DNA from: Deltaproteobacteria bacterium
GTDB taxonomy: Bacteria > Desulfobacterota > Desulfobacteria > Desulfobacterales > SURF-7
Direction: 5' to 3'
Assembly (NCBI GenBank): GCA_019307665.1
Contig: JAFDJC010000003.1
Location: forward strand, 1-38,867
Length of the DNA: 38,867 bases
Shown: in pieces, positions 1-8,622 of the stretch
Numbering within the stretch: position 1 is the first letter of the stretch
How the letters are laid out: each line of letters starts with the position of its first letter
Program-made: the position numbers and the translations under genes
The notes under the pieces: model-generated
Databases searched by the model: none
Told to the model about the DNA's origin: nothing
What the model saw: only the letters and a program-made list of their open reading frames with translations

Positions 1-651
1 TGAAAATGTAAAGCCTGAGGTATTGTAAAGCCTGTATTTCAAATCAATCCCAACCATTAGGAGATCCAGTTCAGAATCGGCTTCCCATTTTATATCCAGA
101 GAATCAGGATCAGGCCACCAGGACACCTGAGTGTATAAAATACCCCGCTCATGCCCCTTGGCTGTTCCTGATTCTATGCCCAGGCTTTTCTTCATGCATA
201 GGCTTACTTCCCATTTTCGAGTAAACTTTAATGTATCCTTAATGGAAAGCACATATGCTTCCAAGGGCAGTTCAGTCTCCACCGAAGGGTTAAATAATAC
301 ATTACCCCCGCCTGTAATATTGGTGATGGCACCAGTACTATGTTTGAGAGTTCCGAACAACCGGCCTATTCCAAGTGATAAAATATTCCTTTTTGAATAT
401 GAAACGCCAGGAGACTCAGTCAGTTTTTTTTCTGTTTGTTTATCCAGGTTTTTTCCACCTTCATCAATAGCGACTTCCCCTTTTTTATTATCATCTCCCT
501 TATCCAGAGGTTTTCTTGTTGCAGCGCCTTCGGTCTTTAACTCAGAATCGCTCAGAATCTTTAATTGTTCATCGTTTTCAGTCTCTTGGGCCATTACCTG
601 TCCTGCAACAAGGGAAATCAGGCACAGAGCAGCAAACAGACAATATTTCAT
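1..651 (-). CDS. Omptin-like outer-membrane beta-barrel protein, 3' end runs off the window (not in ORF track)
   Basis: Hand translation from ATG at 651 is open for 217 codons to base 1: signal peptide MKYCLFAALCLISLVAGQVMA, a charged linker, then ETELPLEAYVLS...KWEVSLCMKKSLGIESGTAKGHERG...SLDIKWEADSELDLLMVGIDLKYRLY, resembling deltaproteobacterial omptins. The 131..655 + ORF is its antisense shadow. Confidence 0.6.
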   Translation of the reverse strand, partial: MKYCLFAALCLISLVAGQVMAQETENDEQLKILSDSELKTEGAATRKPLDKGDDNKKGEVAIDEGGKNLDKQTEKKLTESPGVSYSKRNILSLGIGRLFGTLKHSTGAITNITGGGNVLFNPSVETELPLEAYVLSIKDTLKFTRKWEVSLCMKKSLGIESGTAKGHERGILYTQVSWWPDPDSLDIKWEADSELDLLMVGIDLKYRLYNTSGFTFS

Positions 652-808
652 TTAACTCTCCGAAATATCATTTAAATAACCACATTAAAGCTACGTCCCT
701 TTGCCCGTCTTGAAAAAACATCCGTATTTCATAGCATAAAATCCTAAAAACTTTAAGAGATTGTTTAACTTTCTTGACCTTTGAAAAATATTTTTGGTAA
801 ACAGTAAA

Positions 809-862
809 GATAGTTTCGTAAAAAGTCCTGGTTCCGTCACTCCGGCGAAGGCCGAAGTCCAG
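809..862. repeat. Intergenic repeat remnant: GATAGTTTCGTAAAAAGTCC followed by a REP-like half GTCACTCCGGCGAAGGCCGAAGTCCAG
   Basis: The first motif recurs at 17939-17958 and weakly at 29367-29386. The second contains an imperfect hairpin (CGGC-GAAG-GCCG) like the GTCATTCCGGCGAAGGCCGGAATCCAG REP class. Confidence 0.55.
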
Positions 863-895
863 AAGCCATTAAAGTTAAAATAGGAAAAGTTGTTA

Positions 896-1861
896 ATGCC
901 CATGAAAAATATACTGATTACCGGTGCTTCAGGCTATTTGGGGACAAGACTGGTTAAACAGATAGGGACAAAAAAAGACATTGGATGCATTGTCGGTGTT
1001 GATATTGTCCATCCCGTACAGGCAGACGAAAATCTCCTTTTTTACAAAAAAGACATCCGTGACCCAGGTATTGGAGAACTGATGTCTGAACACAACATAG
1101 ATACGGTCTTTCATCTTGCATTTGTGGTTAAACCGATACATGACCTTAAACTAATGCACGATATCGATTATAACGGTACACTAAACGTCTTAAACAACTG
1201 TCATGAAAAAAACGTCCGTCAGGTTATCGCCACGAGCAGCACACTTGCATACGGCGCGCATAAAGATAATCCCGAAATACTTACTGAAGAAGACCCGTTG
1301 AGGGGTAACAAAACCTATCCGTATGGCTATAACAAGGCACTTTCGGATATCTTGATGCAGGATTTTTCAAAACAGCATCCCGACATAATATTAACTATTC
1401 TCAGGCCATGCACGGTTTTCGGCCCCAGCGTCAACAACTATGTTTCTCGGATGCTGTTCATGCCTGTAGCCGCCAGTGTACTTGGCTATAATCCCCGTGT
1501 GCAGTTCATTCATGAAGATGATTTTGTAAATGCCTGCATGATTGCAATGGAAAAACAAGCGACAGGCGCATTTAATATTACAGGAGATGGAACACTCACA
1601 ATCCGGGATATCGCGAATATGATAGGAACCAGACTCCTGCCTGTTCCTGCATGGATATTGTATCCTAAACTGGAGCTACTGTGGCGGCTCCATTGTCCGG
1701 GAATAGAAGTTAACAGCGGATATCTTGACTATGCCAGATACCCATTTATTGCAGGAAACAATAAGGCAAAGCAGGAACTCGGGTTTTATCCTAAATACGA
1801 TTCAAAGCAGACACTTGAAATAACTGCCATAAGCAAAAAACGAGGGCGAAAAAAATGTTAA
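896..1861 (+). CDS. NAD-dependent epimerase/dehydratase family protein (extended SDR)
   Basis: TGASGYLG Rossmann motif, HLAF, SS..AYG, YGYNK (YxxxK), RPCTVFGP. Start may be 896 or 902. Confidence 0.9.
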   Translation: MPMKNILITGASGYLGTRLVKQIGTKKDIGCIVGVDIVHPVQADENLLFYKKDIRDPGIGELMSEHNIDTVFHLAFVVKPIHDLKLMHDIDYNGTLNVLNNCHEKNVRQVIATSSTLAYGAHKDNPEILTEEDPLRGNKTYPYGYNKALSDILMQDFSKQHPDIILTILRPCTVFGPSVNNYVSRMLFMPVAASVLGYNPRVQFIHEDDFVNACMIAMEKQATGAFNITGDGTLTIRDIANMIGTRLLPVPAWILYPKLELLWRLHCPGIEVNSGYLDYARYPFIAGNNKAKQELGFYPKYDSKQTLEITAISKKRGRKKC

Positions 1862-2340
1862 GACCTAACAGAAAAGACAGACTCCATGCTTTTGACATTA
1901 AAAACAATTTTCTAACCGTCCTTTTGCTTACCGCCGTTTTCTTTGCAGGATTTATTATCAGCCTGAATCTCAAAATTCCGGGTGCGGTATCGTACATCCT
2001 TTGCTGGGGCATATCCTATCTGATTTTATTTATGGGCACATGCAGAAACTGTGTCTACTATGGCAGGAAATGTCCAATCCCGCTTGAAGGAAGCTGTGTC
2101 AGTTATTTTTTTAAAAAAGGCGAAAACCAGTTTGGTTACATTTCACTTTTGTGGGCAACAATAGCATATATTTTTCGTGTTTGTATACCGGTTTATATAA
2201 TTTTCACGGAGCAAATGATAACGTTTGGTGCTTTCTATTTTTTTATGCTTGCCATGTTCTGGATTGTCCACCTTTGTTTTACAGGATGTCCTAACTGCGT
2301 AAACTATCAATGCCCTTTAAACCCCGAACAGGAGAATTAA
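1855..2340 (+). CDS. Small membrane protein (about 4 TM) with two Cys clusters
   Basis: Four hydrophobic segments; CRNCVYYGRKC...C and CFTGCPNCVNYQCPLN; overlaps the upstream gene by 7 nt. Confidence 0.75.
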   Translation: MLRPNRKDRLHAFDIKNNFLTVLLLTAVFFAGFIISLNLKIPGAVSYILCWGISYLILFMGTCRNCVYYGRKCPIPLEGSCVSYFFKKGENQFGYISLLWATIAYIFRVCIPVYIIFTEQMITFGAFYFFMLAMFWIVHLCFTGCPNCVNYQCPLNPEQEN

Positions 2341-2407
2341 TACGCCAAACAGGAGAATTAATATGCCAAACAGGAGAATTAATATGCCAAACAGGAGAAT
2401 TAATATG
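2327..2407 (+). repeat. 21-bp tandem repeat (about 4 copies) of AACAGGAGAATTAATA(C/T)GCCA
   Basis: Units start at 2327, 2348, 2369 and 2390. Each carries AGGAG and TAA followed by ATG (ACG in copy 1). Confidence 0.97.
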
Positions 2408-4555
2408 AATGATAACATCTGGAGAGACAAGTACGGTGTATGCCATGTAGAAGGAAAAGAAAAGAAAGACGTTTTCGGCCTGATGGGATATGCACACGGC
2501 AGAGACAGGGGAATGCAGCTGCTTCTAATGCGTATTTTAGGAAAAGGCCGTGCCTCAGAGCTTCTCGATTCCAGTGATGAAGTACTTGAAATCGATAAAT
2601 TCTTCCGTAGAATGAACTGGGCGGGCTCTACTGCTTCAGAAATCGATAATTTATCTCCGGAAGCAAAAGAAGTAACCGACGAATACTGCAAAGGCGTCAA
2701 CAGGGCTTTTTCAGAAAAAGTCCCTTGGGAGTTTAAACTTTTTGGTTATCAACCGGAGCCGTGGTGTACAGAAGATATTATTCTGATTTCAAGGATGATA
2801 GGATATCTGACACTTGCACAGTCTCAGGGTGAAATGGAAAGGCTTTTGATCGAGTTTGTCCAGGCAGGAATGGATGAAGCGAGGCTGAACGAACTGTTTC
2901 CAGGGATATTAGGGGGGTTAGACATTGACCTCATTAAAAAGATAGAACTGCAGGAACGAATCGTATCGCCGGTATCTCTCTGGAACTTAGCTGCTCCTGT
3001 GATGATGGCATCAAACAACTGGGCGGTATCAGGCAAAAAAACGGTTTCCGGAAAACCTATCCTTGCCAATGATCCTCATCTGGAAGTAAACAGGCTCCCT
3101 AACGTCTGGTATGAAATAGTGTTAAAAACAAAAGACAGTTACGCCATGGGTGGAACAATGCCCGGTATCCCGGTCCTTCTTATCGGCAAAACTCCGAACC
3201 TTGCGTGGAGTGCAACTTACACATTCATGGACGGAACAGATTCGTGGATTGAAAAATGTAAAGACGGTAAATATATGCGTGAGCCCGACCAGTGGATACC
3301 ATTTACCGAAAGAGAAGAAATAATAAAAAGAAAGAAAAAAGATCCGGTCAAAATAGTTTTTTATGAAAATGGTCATGGTGTCCTTGAAGGCGACCCGAAT
3401 AAAGAAGGGTACTATATTACAACTGCATGGGCGCCCTCTATGTCAGGCGCCGTAACCTTGAATAATATAACAAAATTGTTAGATATAAAAACGGTTGAAC
3501 AGGGCATGGATATTGTCAGCCGGATAGAAACATCCTGGAATCTCATCCTGGCGGACAGCCAGGGCAATATCGGTTATCAAATGTCGGGTCTGATGCCGAA
3601 AAGGAGAGAAGGTATAAGCGGGTTTGTTCCTCTTCCCGGATGGGAAGAGAAAAACGACTGGCAGGGATTTGAAAAACCTGAAGACCTTCCAAGATGTTAT
3701 AACCCTGAATGCGGTTACTTTGTTACATCTAACCAGGATCTTAACGAATACGGCAATGTGAACCCGATTAATGTTGTTATGGGGCCATACCGTTCAGACA
3801 GAATCGGAAAACTTCTTTCAGAAAAAAATGACATCACATGTGAGTACATGTATCAACTGCACTATGATGTCTTTTCAACACAGGCAGAATCATTCATGAA
3901 GATTCTTGCGCCGCTTCTTCCCGACACAAAACAGGCTGAGATATTAAGGAACTGGAATCTTGAGTATGCAGCGGATTCCGAAGGCGCATTTCTCTTTGAC
4001 CAATTTTATAAAAATCTTTACCTTGGTGTTTTTGGCGCAAATGGTTTTGGTACAGAAGCAGTGACGTATCTTGATAAACATACAGGCATATTTAACGATT
4101 TTTACATAAACTTTGATCGCATACTCCTTTCTGAAAAATCAGTCTGGTTCGGCAACAGGACAAGGGAAGACATTTACATTCAGGCTGCTGAAAAGGCGCT
4201 GAACACCCGGCCTGAAAAATGGGGGGATGATAGAAAAGTCATCATGAAAAACATCCTTTTTGACGGAAAACTTCCAAAGTTCTTAGGATTTGACCGCGGG
4301 CCTATAACCATTATCGGAAGCCTGGCCACACCACACCAGGGACAGATTTTTGAAAGTGTGGGCAGGCAAACCAGCTTTGCGCCGTCATTAAGGATGGTTA
4401 CTGATCTTTCATCAGATGCTATCCATACCAATTTGGCAGGCGGCCCTTCTGATCGAAGGTTCTCAAAGTGGTACTGCTCGGATCTTGAAAACTGGATATC
4501 CGGGAAATACAAAAAACTTAGTCCAAACGATTCTGAAAAATGCTATAAGTTCTAG
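2405..4555 (+). CDS. Penicillin acylase / acyl-homoserine-lactone acylase family Ntn-hydrolase
   Basis: RDKYGVCHV, GYAHGRDR, beta-chain start SNNWAVSG (Ser codon at 3011), LANDPHL, ADSQGNIGY. No signal peptide. In-frame alternative starts at 2363 and 2384 arise from the tandem repeat. Confidence 0.93.
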   Translation: MNDNIWRDKYGVCHVEGKEKKDVFGLMGYAHGRDRGMQLLLMRILGKGRASELLDSSDEVLEIDKFFRRMNWAGSTASEIDNLSPEAKEVTDEYCKGVNRAFSEKVPWEFKLFGYQPEPWCTEDIILISRMIGYLTLAQSQGEMERLLIEFVQAGMDEARLNELFPGILGGLDIDLIKKIELQERIVSPVSLWNLAAPVMMASNNWAVSGKKTVSGKPILANDPHLEVNRLPNVWYEIVLKTKDSYAMGGTMPGIPVLLIGKTPNLAWSATYTFMDGTDSWIEKCKDGKYMREPDQWIPFTEREEIIKRKKKDPVKIVFYENGHGVLEGDPNKEGYYITTAWAPSMSGAVTLNNITKLLDIKTVEQGMDIVSRIETSWNLILADSQGNIGYQMSGLMPKRREGISGFVPLPGWEEKNDWQGFEKPEDLPRCYNPECGYFVTSNQDLNEYGNVNPINVVMGPYRSDRIGKLLSEKNDITCEYMYQLHYDVFSTQAESFMKILAPLLPDTKQAEILRNWNLEYAADSEGAFLFDQFYKNLYLGVFGANGFGTEAVTYLDKHTGIFNDFYINFDRILLSEKSVWFGNRTREDIYIQAAEKALNTRPEKWGDDRKVIMKNILFDGKLPKFLGFDRGPITIIGSLATPHQGQIFESVGRQTSFAPSLRMVTDLSSDAIHTNLAGGPSDRRFSKWYCSDLENWISGKYKKLSPNDSEKCYKF

Positions 4556-4600
4556 AAATGCCTTATCAGTAATTTATAAAACAGGAGAAAGGGAATAAGA

Positions 4601-6625
4601 ATGAGTCGATGCTTGATAACCGGAGCCAATGGCCTTTTAGGAAAACACTTGGTGGACAGGCTGATACAAAATGGTCATGACATTACCCTTCTACTAAGAA
4701 ACCCTGAATGTTCCAATAAGAAACTGCTAATTGACCGATGGCACCATCAAACAACCACAGTTCAACACGGCGAGCTTAACGCAAACATCAGGATTTGGAA
4801 CGGTGATATCACAAAAACAAATCTCGGTGTTGATGCTGAACTCACATTGACTGATTTTGATCATATCTACCATCTGGCCGCAATTTATGATCTTGGAGCC
4901 GATGAAACCCTTACCCTGGATACCAACGTAGGCGGAACCGAACGTCTCCTGAAAAAACTGGATGATGACAATTTTGGCGGTTGCCTGCATTTTGTGAGTT
5001 CAATCGCGGTAGCAGGCGACTTCCAAGGTGAGTTCAGCGAACGTATGTTTACAGAAAGCCAAAAACATGATCACGTTTATAATCGCAGCAAGTATCTATC
5101 CGAAAAACTGGTTAGAAATAAACGCTCAACCCAGGATCACTACGACATTCGTATTTACCGTCCTTCTGCAATCGTAGGCGATTCAAAAACTGGTGAGATG
5201 GACCGCATTGATGGACCATATTATGGTTTTGTTGCGATTGCCGCCATGAAAAAGATCCTGCCGTCATGGTTGCCTCTCGTTGCGCCCAAAAGCAAAACAC
5301 TCATGGATATGGTGCCGGTGAATTATGTGGCTGAAGCGATTTACACCTTGAGTATGATTGAACGAACTGCGTTACCGGACGGTTTGTTCTGCTTCCACCT
5401 GACAGATCCTCATGCGCCAACAATGACAAAAGCCTTTAAGCTGATACTGAAAGCCGCAGACGGACCCCAAATACAATTTACATTTTCAACCAGCCTGGTT
5501 AAGGCTTATCTTAGTTTAATAAAGCAGGCATCCAATCTGAAAAGTGTTGAAATGGTGAAGAATGGGCTGTTAAGCAGCTTGAATATCCCTCCGGAAATTT
5601 TCGGCGCAATGATGCCCAACGTACGTTTTGTAGCAGGAGAAACCACCCGGTTGTTAAAAAAACGGGGCGTGATTCTCCCAACCTTTGACACCTACGTTGA
5701 CACTCTATGGGATTACTACAATCGACATTTAGACCCCGAAAAAACCAAGGAAGAAAGAAGCAGATTGGCATTTCAAGGAAAGGTAGTATTGATTACAGGT
5801 GGATCGGGAGGCATTGGTTTTGCCAGCGCAAAAAGATGCGTTGCTTATGGTGCAAAAGTAATTCTGGTTGCCCGTAACCATGAAAAGCTGGATAAAGCGC
5901 TCCTTGAGCTTACACCCATAGCCAAGAAAAGCGGCGGCACTATCGGAATGCATTGTTGTAATATAGCAAACCTTGATGAATGCGACGATTTAGTCACCTA
6001 CATTCTAAAACAATATGGCTATGTTGATATTCTGTTTAACAATGCAGGACTTTCAATCCGACGCTCCATTAGTAAATCTCTTGAGAGATTTCATGATTTT
6101 GAACGCACCATGCAGACCAATTACTTTGGCCCTCTCAGAATTATCTTTGGCCTGTTACCCTCCATGGTAGAGAGAAAAAGCGGGCACATCCTGTATTCGT
6201 CCACGATGGGTACACTTGCACCTACCCCTCGATTCGGTGCTTATGTGGCAAGCAAGAGCGCCATGGATGCTCTAAGTGATTCACTTGCTGCAGAGTATAC
6301 AGATAGAAATATCCACTTAACGTCTATCAAATTTCCGTTGGTTAAAACAGAGATGCTTGCACCGACAAATGATTATGATGACTTACCTGCTGCAAGCCCT
6401 GAATTCGCAGCACAAATGTTCGTGGATGCGGTCTTGAACAAGCCCCGCAAACAGATGACAGGTACCGGCGTGATGATCGGAATCTCGAACATTCTCACAC
6501 CAAAAGTCATGACTCAACTTTATAATTACGCCTATAAAATTTGGCCGGATGATAAAGGGGACTTCCCGGAAATGGATCTGGACCGATCGATTATAAAAAA
6601 GCTGATTCCGGCAACACCGATATAG
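4601..6625 (+). CDS. Two-domain SDR, fatty acyl-CoA reductase-like (thioester-reductase domain + Acr1-like classical SDR)
   Basis: N-domain TGANGLLG, HLAAIYDL, YNRSK, RPSAIVGDS.TGE..RIDGPYY. C-domain TGGSGGIG, NNAG.SIRRS, RFHDFERTMQTNYFG, YVASK. Same architecture as Marinobacter Maqu_2507 and mycobacterial AcrA1. Confidence 0.85.
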   Translation: MSRCLITGANGLLGKHLVDRLIQNGHDITLLLRNPECSNKKLLIDRWHHQTTTVQHGELNANIRIWNGDITKTNLGVDAELTLTDFDHIYHLAAIYDLGADETLTLDTNVGGTERLLKKLDDDNFGGCLHFVSSIAVAGDFQGEFSERMFTESQKHDHVYNRSKYLSEKLVRNKRSTQDHYDIRIYRPSAIVGDSKTGEMDRIDGPYYGFVAIAAMKKILPSWLPLVAPKSKTLMDMVPVNYVAEAIYTLSMIERTALPDGLFCFHLTDPHAPTMTKAFKLILKAADGPQIQFTFSTSLVKAYLSLIKQASNLKSVEMVKNGLLSSLNIPPEIFGAMMPNVRFVAGETTRLLKKRGVILPTFDTYVDTLWDYYNRHLDPEKTKEERSRLAFQGKVVLITGGSGGIGFASAKRCVAYGAKVILVARNHEKLDKALLELTPIAKKSGGTIGMHCCNIANLDECDDLVTYILKQYGYVDILFNNAGLSIRRSISKSLERFHDFERTMQTNYFGPLRIIFGLLPSMVERKSGHILYSSTMGTLAPTPRFGAYVASKSAMDALSDSLAAEYTDRNIHLTSIKFPLVKTEMLAPTNDYDDLPAASPEFAAQMFVDAVLNKPRKQMTGTGVMIGISNILTPKVMTQLYNYAYKIWPDDKGDFPEMDLDRSIIKKLIPATPI

Positions 6626-6712
6626 GTTGAGGCAAAGTGTAAAAAAAACTGCGCCTTTTTTCTTTTTATCCCCTTGTGACCTTAATGCCGTTTACTGATC
6701 CATCATTCCTAT

Positions 6713-7558
6713 TTAAAAATTGACAACCGGATTTAATTCAAGCTTTGGATAAATCTGGCCATGGCACGGCGGCATGGAATTATATACCCAGTCTATATCA
6801 ACCATTCCGGTTTTAATGCCCCTCGATCTCTTAAATCCATTGAATGTTCCCCTGACAAGCACATCTTCCATACCCATTGTAATACCGAAAACAGCCACGG
6901 TAGTATTGTTTTTAATTTTTGACAATTCTTCCCCAAACGCAAGAGAAGAAAAAGTGAGTCGTTTTGAATCCGATGCCTGGCATTGAAGTACGGGAAACAG
7001 CACCGGCCATCCATCTTCACCGATATAGGATATAAATTTGAGAGCACTAAGATCGTTGAAAATGTTTTCCGCAAAAGACTTTAAAATTCTATTTTCAGTA
7101 TTATGCTTCAGGCTGCCCTTGGCTAATTTGGTTAAAAGAGCGGCAAGGACAATTTTTCCTAAAGGGAGGCTCTCTTTGCCCCCTGTTTCAATAAGATCAA
7201 GATAATGAACGGTATTGATGCCGAAATATGCATTATATCGAAACATAGGAGTATTGTTGTATTCTTCGTACTCAGGGCCGTCATTTTTCAAATGCGTCCA
7301 TTTCGCCCTTCCACGCCACATTTTTTTATCCATTGTCATGATAATAAATGCGATATCCGGACTTTTCTGTATATATTCTTTGCTTTTCCCTTTACAAAAT
7401 TCTCCAAGGGTCATCTGGGACGGGCCGGATGCCTGTATCGACGTGATAAGGGTAATATGAGGGAGGCCCTGAGGATTTTTTAAGGCAACCACGCCTATTT
7501 TTTCAGCAGGTTTGAACGCCTCTATTTCAGATTGGTTGAACGATGTCTTCCTTTGCAT
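6713..7558 (-). CDS. Pyridoxamine 5'-phosphate oxidase-like protein with two tandem split-barrel domains
   Basis: Two similar halves (KIGVVALKNPQGLPHITLI / KFISYIGEDGWPVLFPV); SD AGGAGA upstream; last gene of the GRE operon. Confidence 0.7.
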   Translation of the reverse strand: MQRKTSFNQSEIEAFKPAEKIGVVALKNPQGLPHITLITSIQASGPSQMTLGEFCKGKSKEYIQKSPDIAFIIMTMDKKMWRGRAKWTHLKNDGPEYEEYNNTPMFRYNAYFGINTVHYLDLIETGGKESLPLGKIVLAALLTKLAKGSLKHNTENRILKSFAENIFNDLSALKFISYIGEDGWPVLFPVLQCQASDSKRLTFSSLAFGEELSKIKNNTTVAVFGITMGMEDVLVRGTFNGFKRSRGIKTGMVDIDWVYNSMPPCHGQIYPKLELNPVVNF

Positions 7559-7572
7559 AGAATGTTCTCCTT

Positions 7573-8622
7573 TTATTTGTCAGGTTTACCGTCTATGACA
7601 CGCAACCTGGAACGATTATGCCCCTCTTTTTTATTTTTTCCATCAAGCCTTGTTGCTCCACTCCAAAAAACAACAGCAGGGTCAACACCCGATTTTCGTG
7701 CAACAGATGCCAACTCTTCCATCACATCTTCGGTTATCAGTTTACTTTTACTAAAATCCCACTCTCCACCCAGACGCAGGTATTTGTCCTGGCAAAGATT
7801 GTTGAATGCACAAAGCTCCCAACGGTTCACAGTGCCTTGTAATGAGGCGGCAATAAATTCACCGATCTTTGCTATATTTTCTTTAAATGCTGTTGCACCG
7901 GGGATTACAGGCGTCCTGATCCAAAGCTCTTTAGGATAAAGGTGGTTTTTTATATAGTCAGCAACATAGACAAGATTATCAAGAATCTTCCGGTTATCGC
8001 TTCCTGTAAATTTTTGGTGCTTTTCCGGGTTTATAATTTTTATATCAAAAAGAACCATCGCAGAATGGGGAAGAAGTGCATCAAATGCTTCCTTCTTGCA
8101 CAAGCCGCAAGTGTCAAGAGCTGTATGGATACCCATTTCACGAAAGCGCTTTAAATAGGCTTCAACAAACCCGGCCTGCATCGTTGGTTCACCTCCTGAT
8201 ACTGTGATGCCTCCTCCCGACTTTTCAAAATACGCCTTGTCTTTGATTGTTTCGGCAACAAGATCATCAACCGACCATTTTTCTCCTAAAAGCGCCATGG
8301 CGGTTGAAGGGCAAGCGTCAGCACACTCACCGCAGTTGATGCAATTTTTCCGGTCAATTATAATTGTTCCGGATTGCGAAACAGACAACGCGTTGTTTTG
8401 GCATGTATCAATACAGCTTCGGCAGCCAACACACCTGGTTTCAAGCCAGTGAACCTGCTGGTGGGAAGGAATACTTTCAGGGTTGTGACACCATGTACAT
8501 TTTAAGGGACAGCCCTTGAAGAAAACCGTTGTTCTGATACCGGGGCCGTCTTCAGTTGACAACCTTTGTATTTCTAAAACCAGTGCATCTGGATTTATCG
8601 GGTCTTTTTTAGAATCCTTCAT
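7573..8622 (-). CDS. Glycyl-radical enzyme activating protein (radical SAM, ferredoxin insert)
   Basis: EDGPGIRTTVFFKGCPLKCTWCHNPES (CxxxCxxC), two CxxCxxCxxxC motifs, SGGEP; overlaps the GRE stop codon. Confidence 0.96.
   Translation of the reverse strand: MKDSKKDPINPDALVLEIQRLSTEDGPGIRTTVFFKGCPLKCTWCHNPESIPSHQQVHWLETRCVGCRSCIDTCQNNALSVSQSGTIIIDRKNCINCGECADACPSTAMALLGEKWSVDDLVAETIKDKAYFEKSGGGITVSGGEPTMQAGFVEAYLKRFREMGIHTALDTCGLCKKEAFDALLPHSAMVLFDIKIINPEKHQKFTGSDNRKILDNLVYVADYIKNHLYPKELWIRTPVIPGATAFKENIAKIGEFIAASLQGTVNRWELCAFNNLCQDKYLRLGGEWDFSKSKLITEDVMEELASVARKSGVDPAVVFWSGATRLDGKNKKEGHNRSRLRVIDGKPDK

Noticed and set aside
131-655. 174-aa plus-strand ORF
   Set aside because: Antisense shadow of the minus-strand signal-peptide gene starting at 651.
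2327-2407. Possible CRISPR array
   Set aside because: Units are contiguous with no unique spacers, and there are no cas genes.
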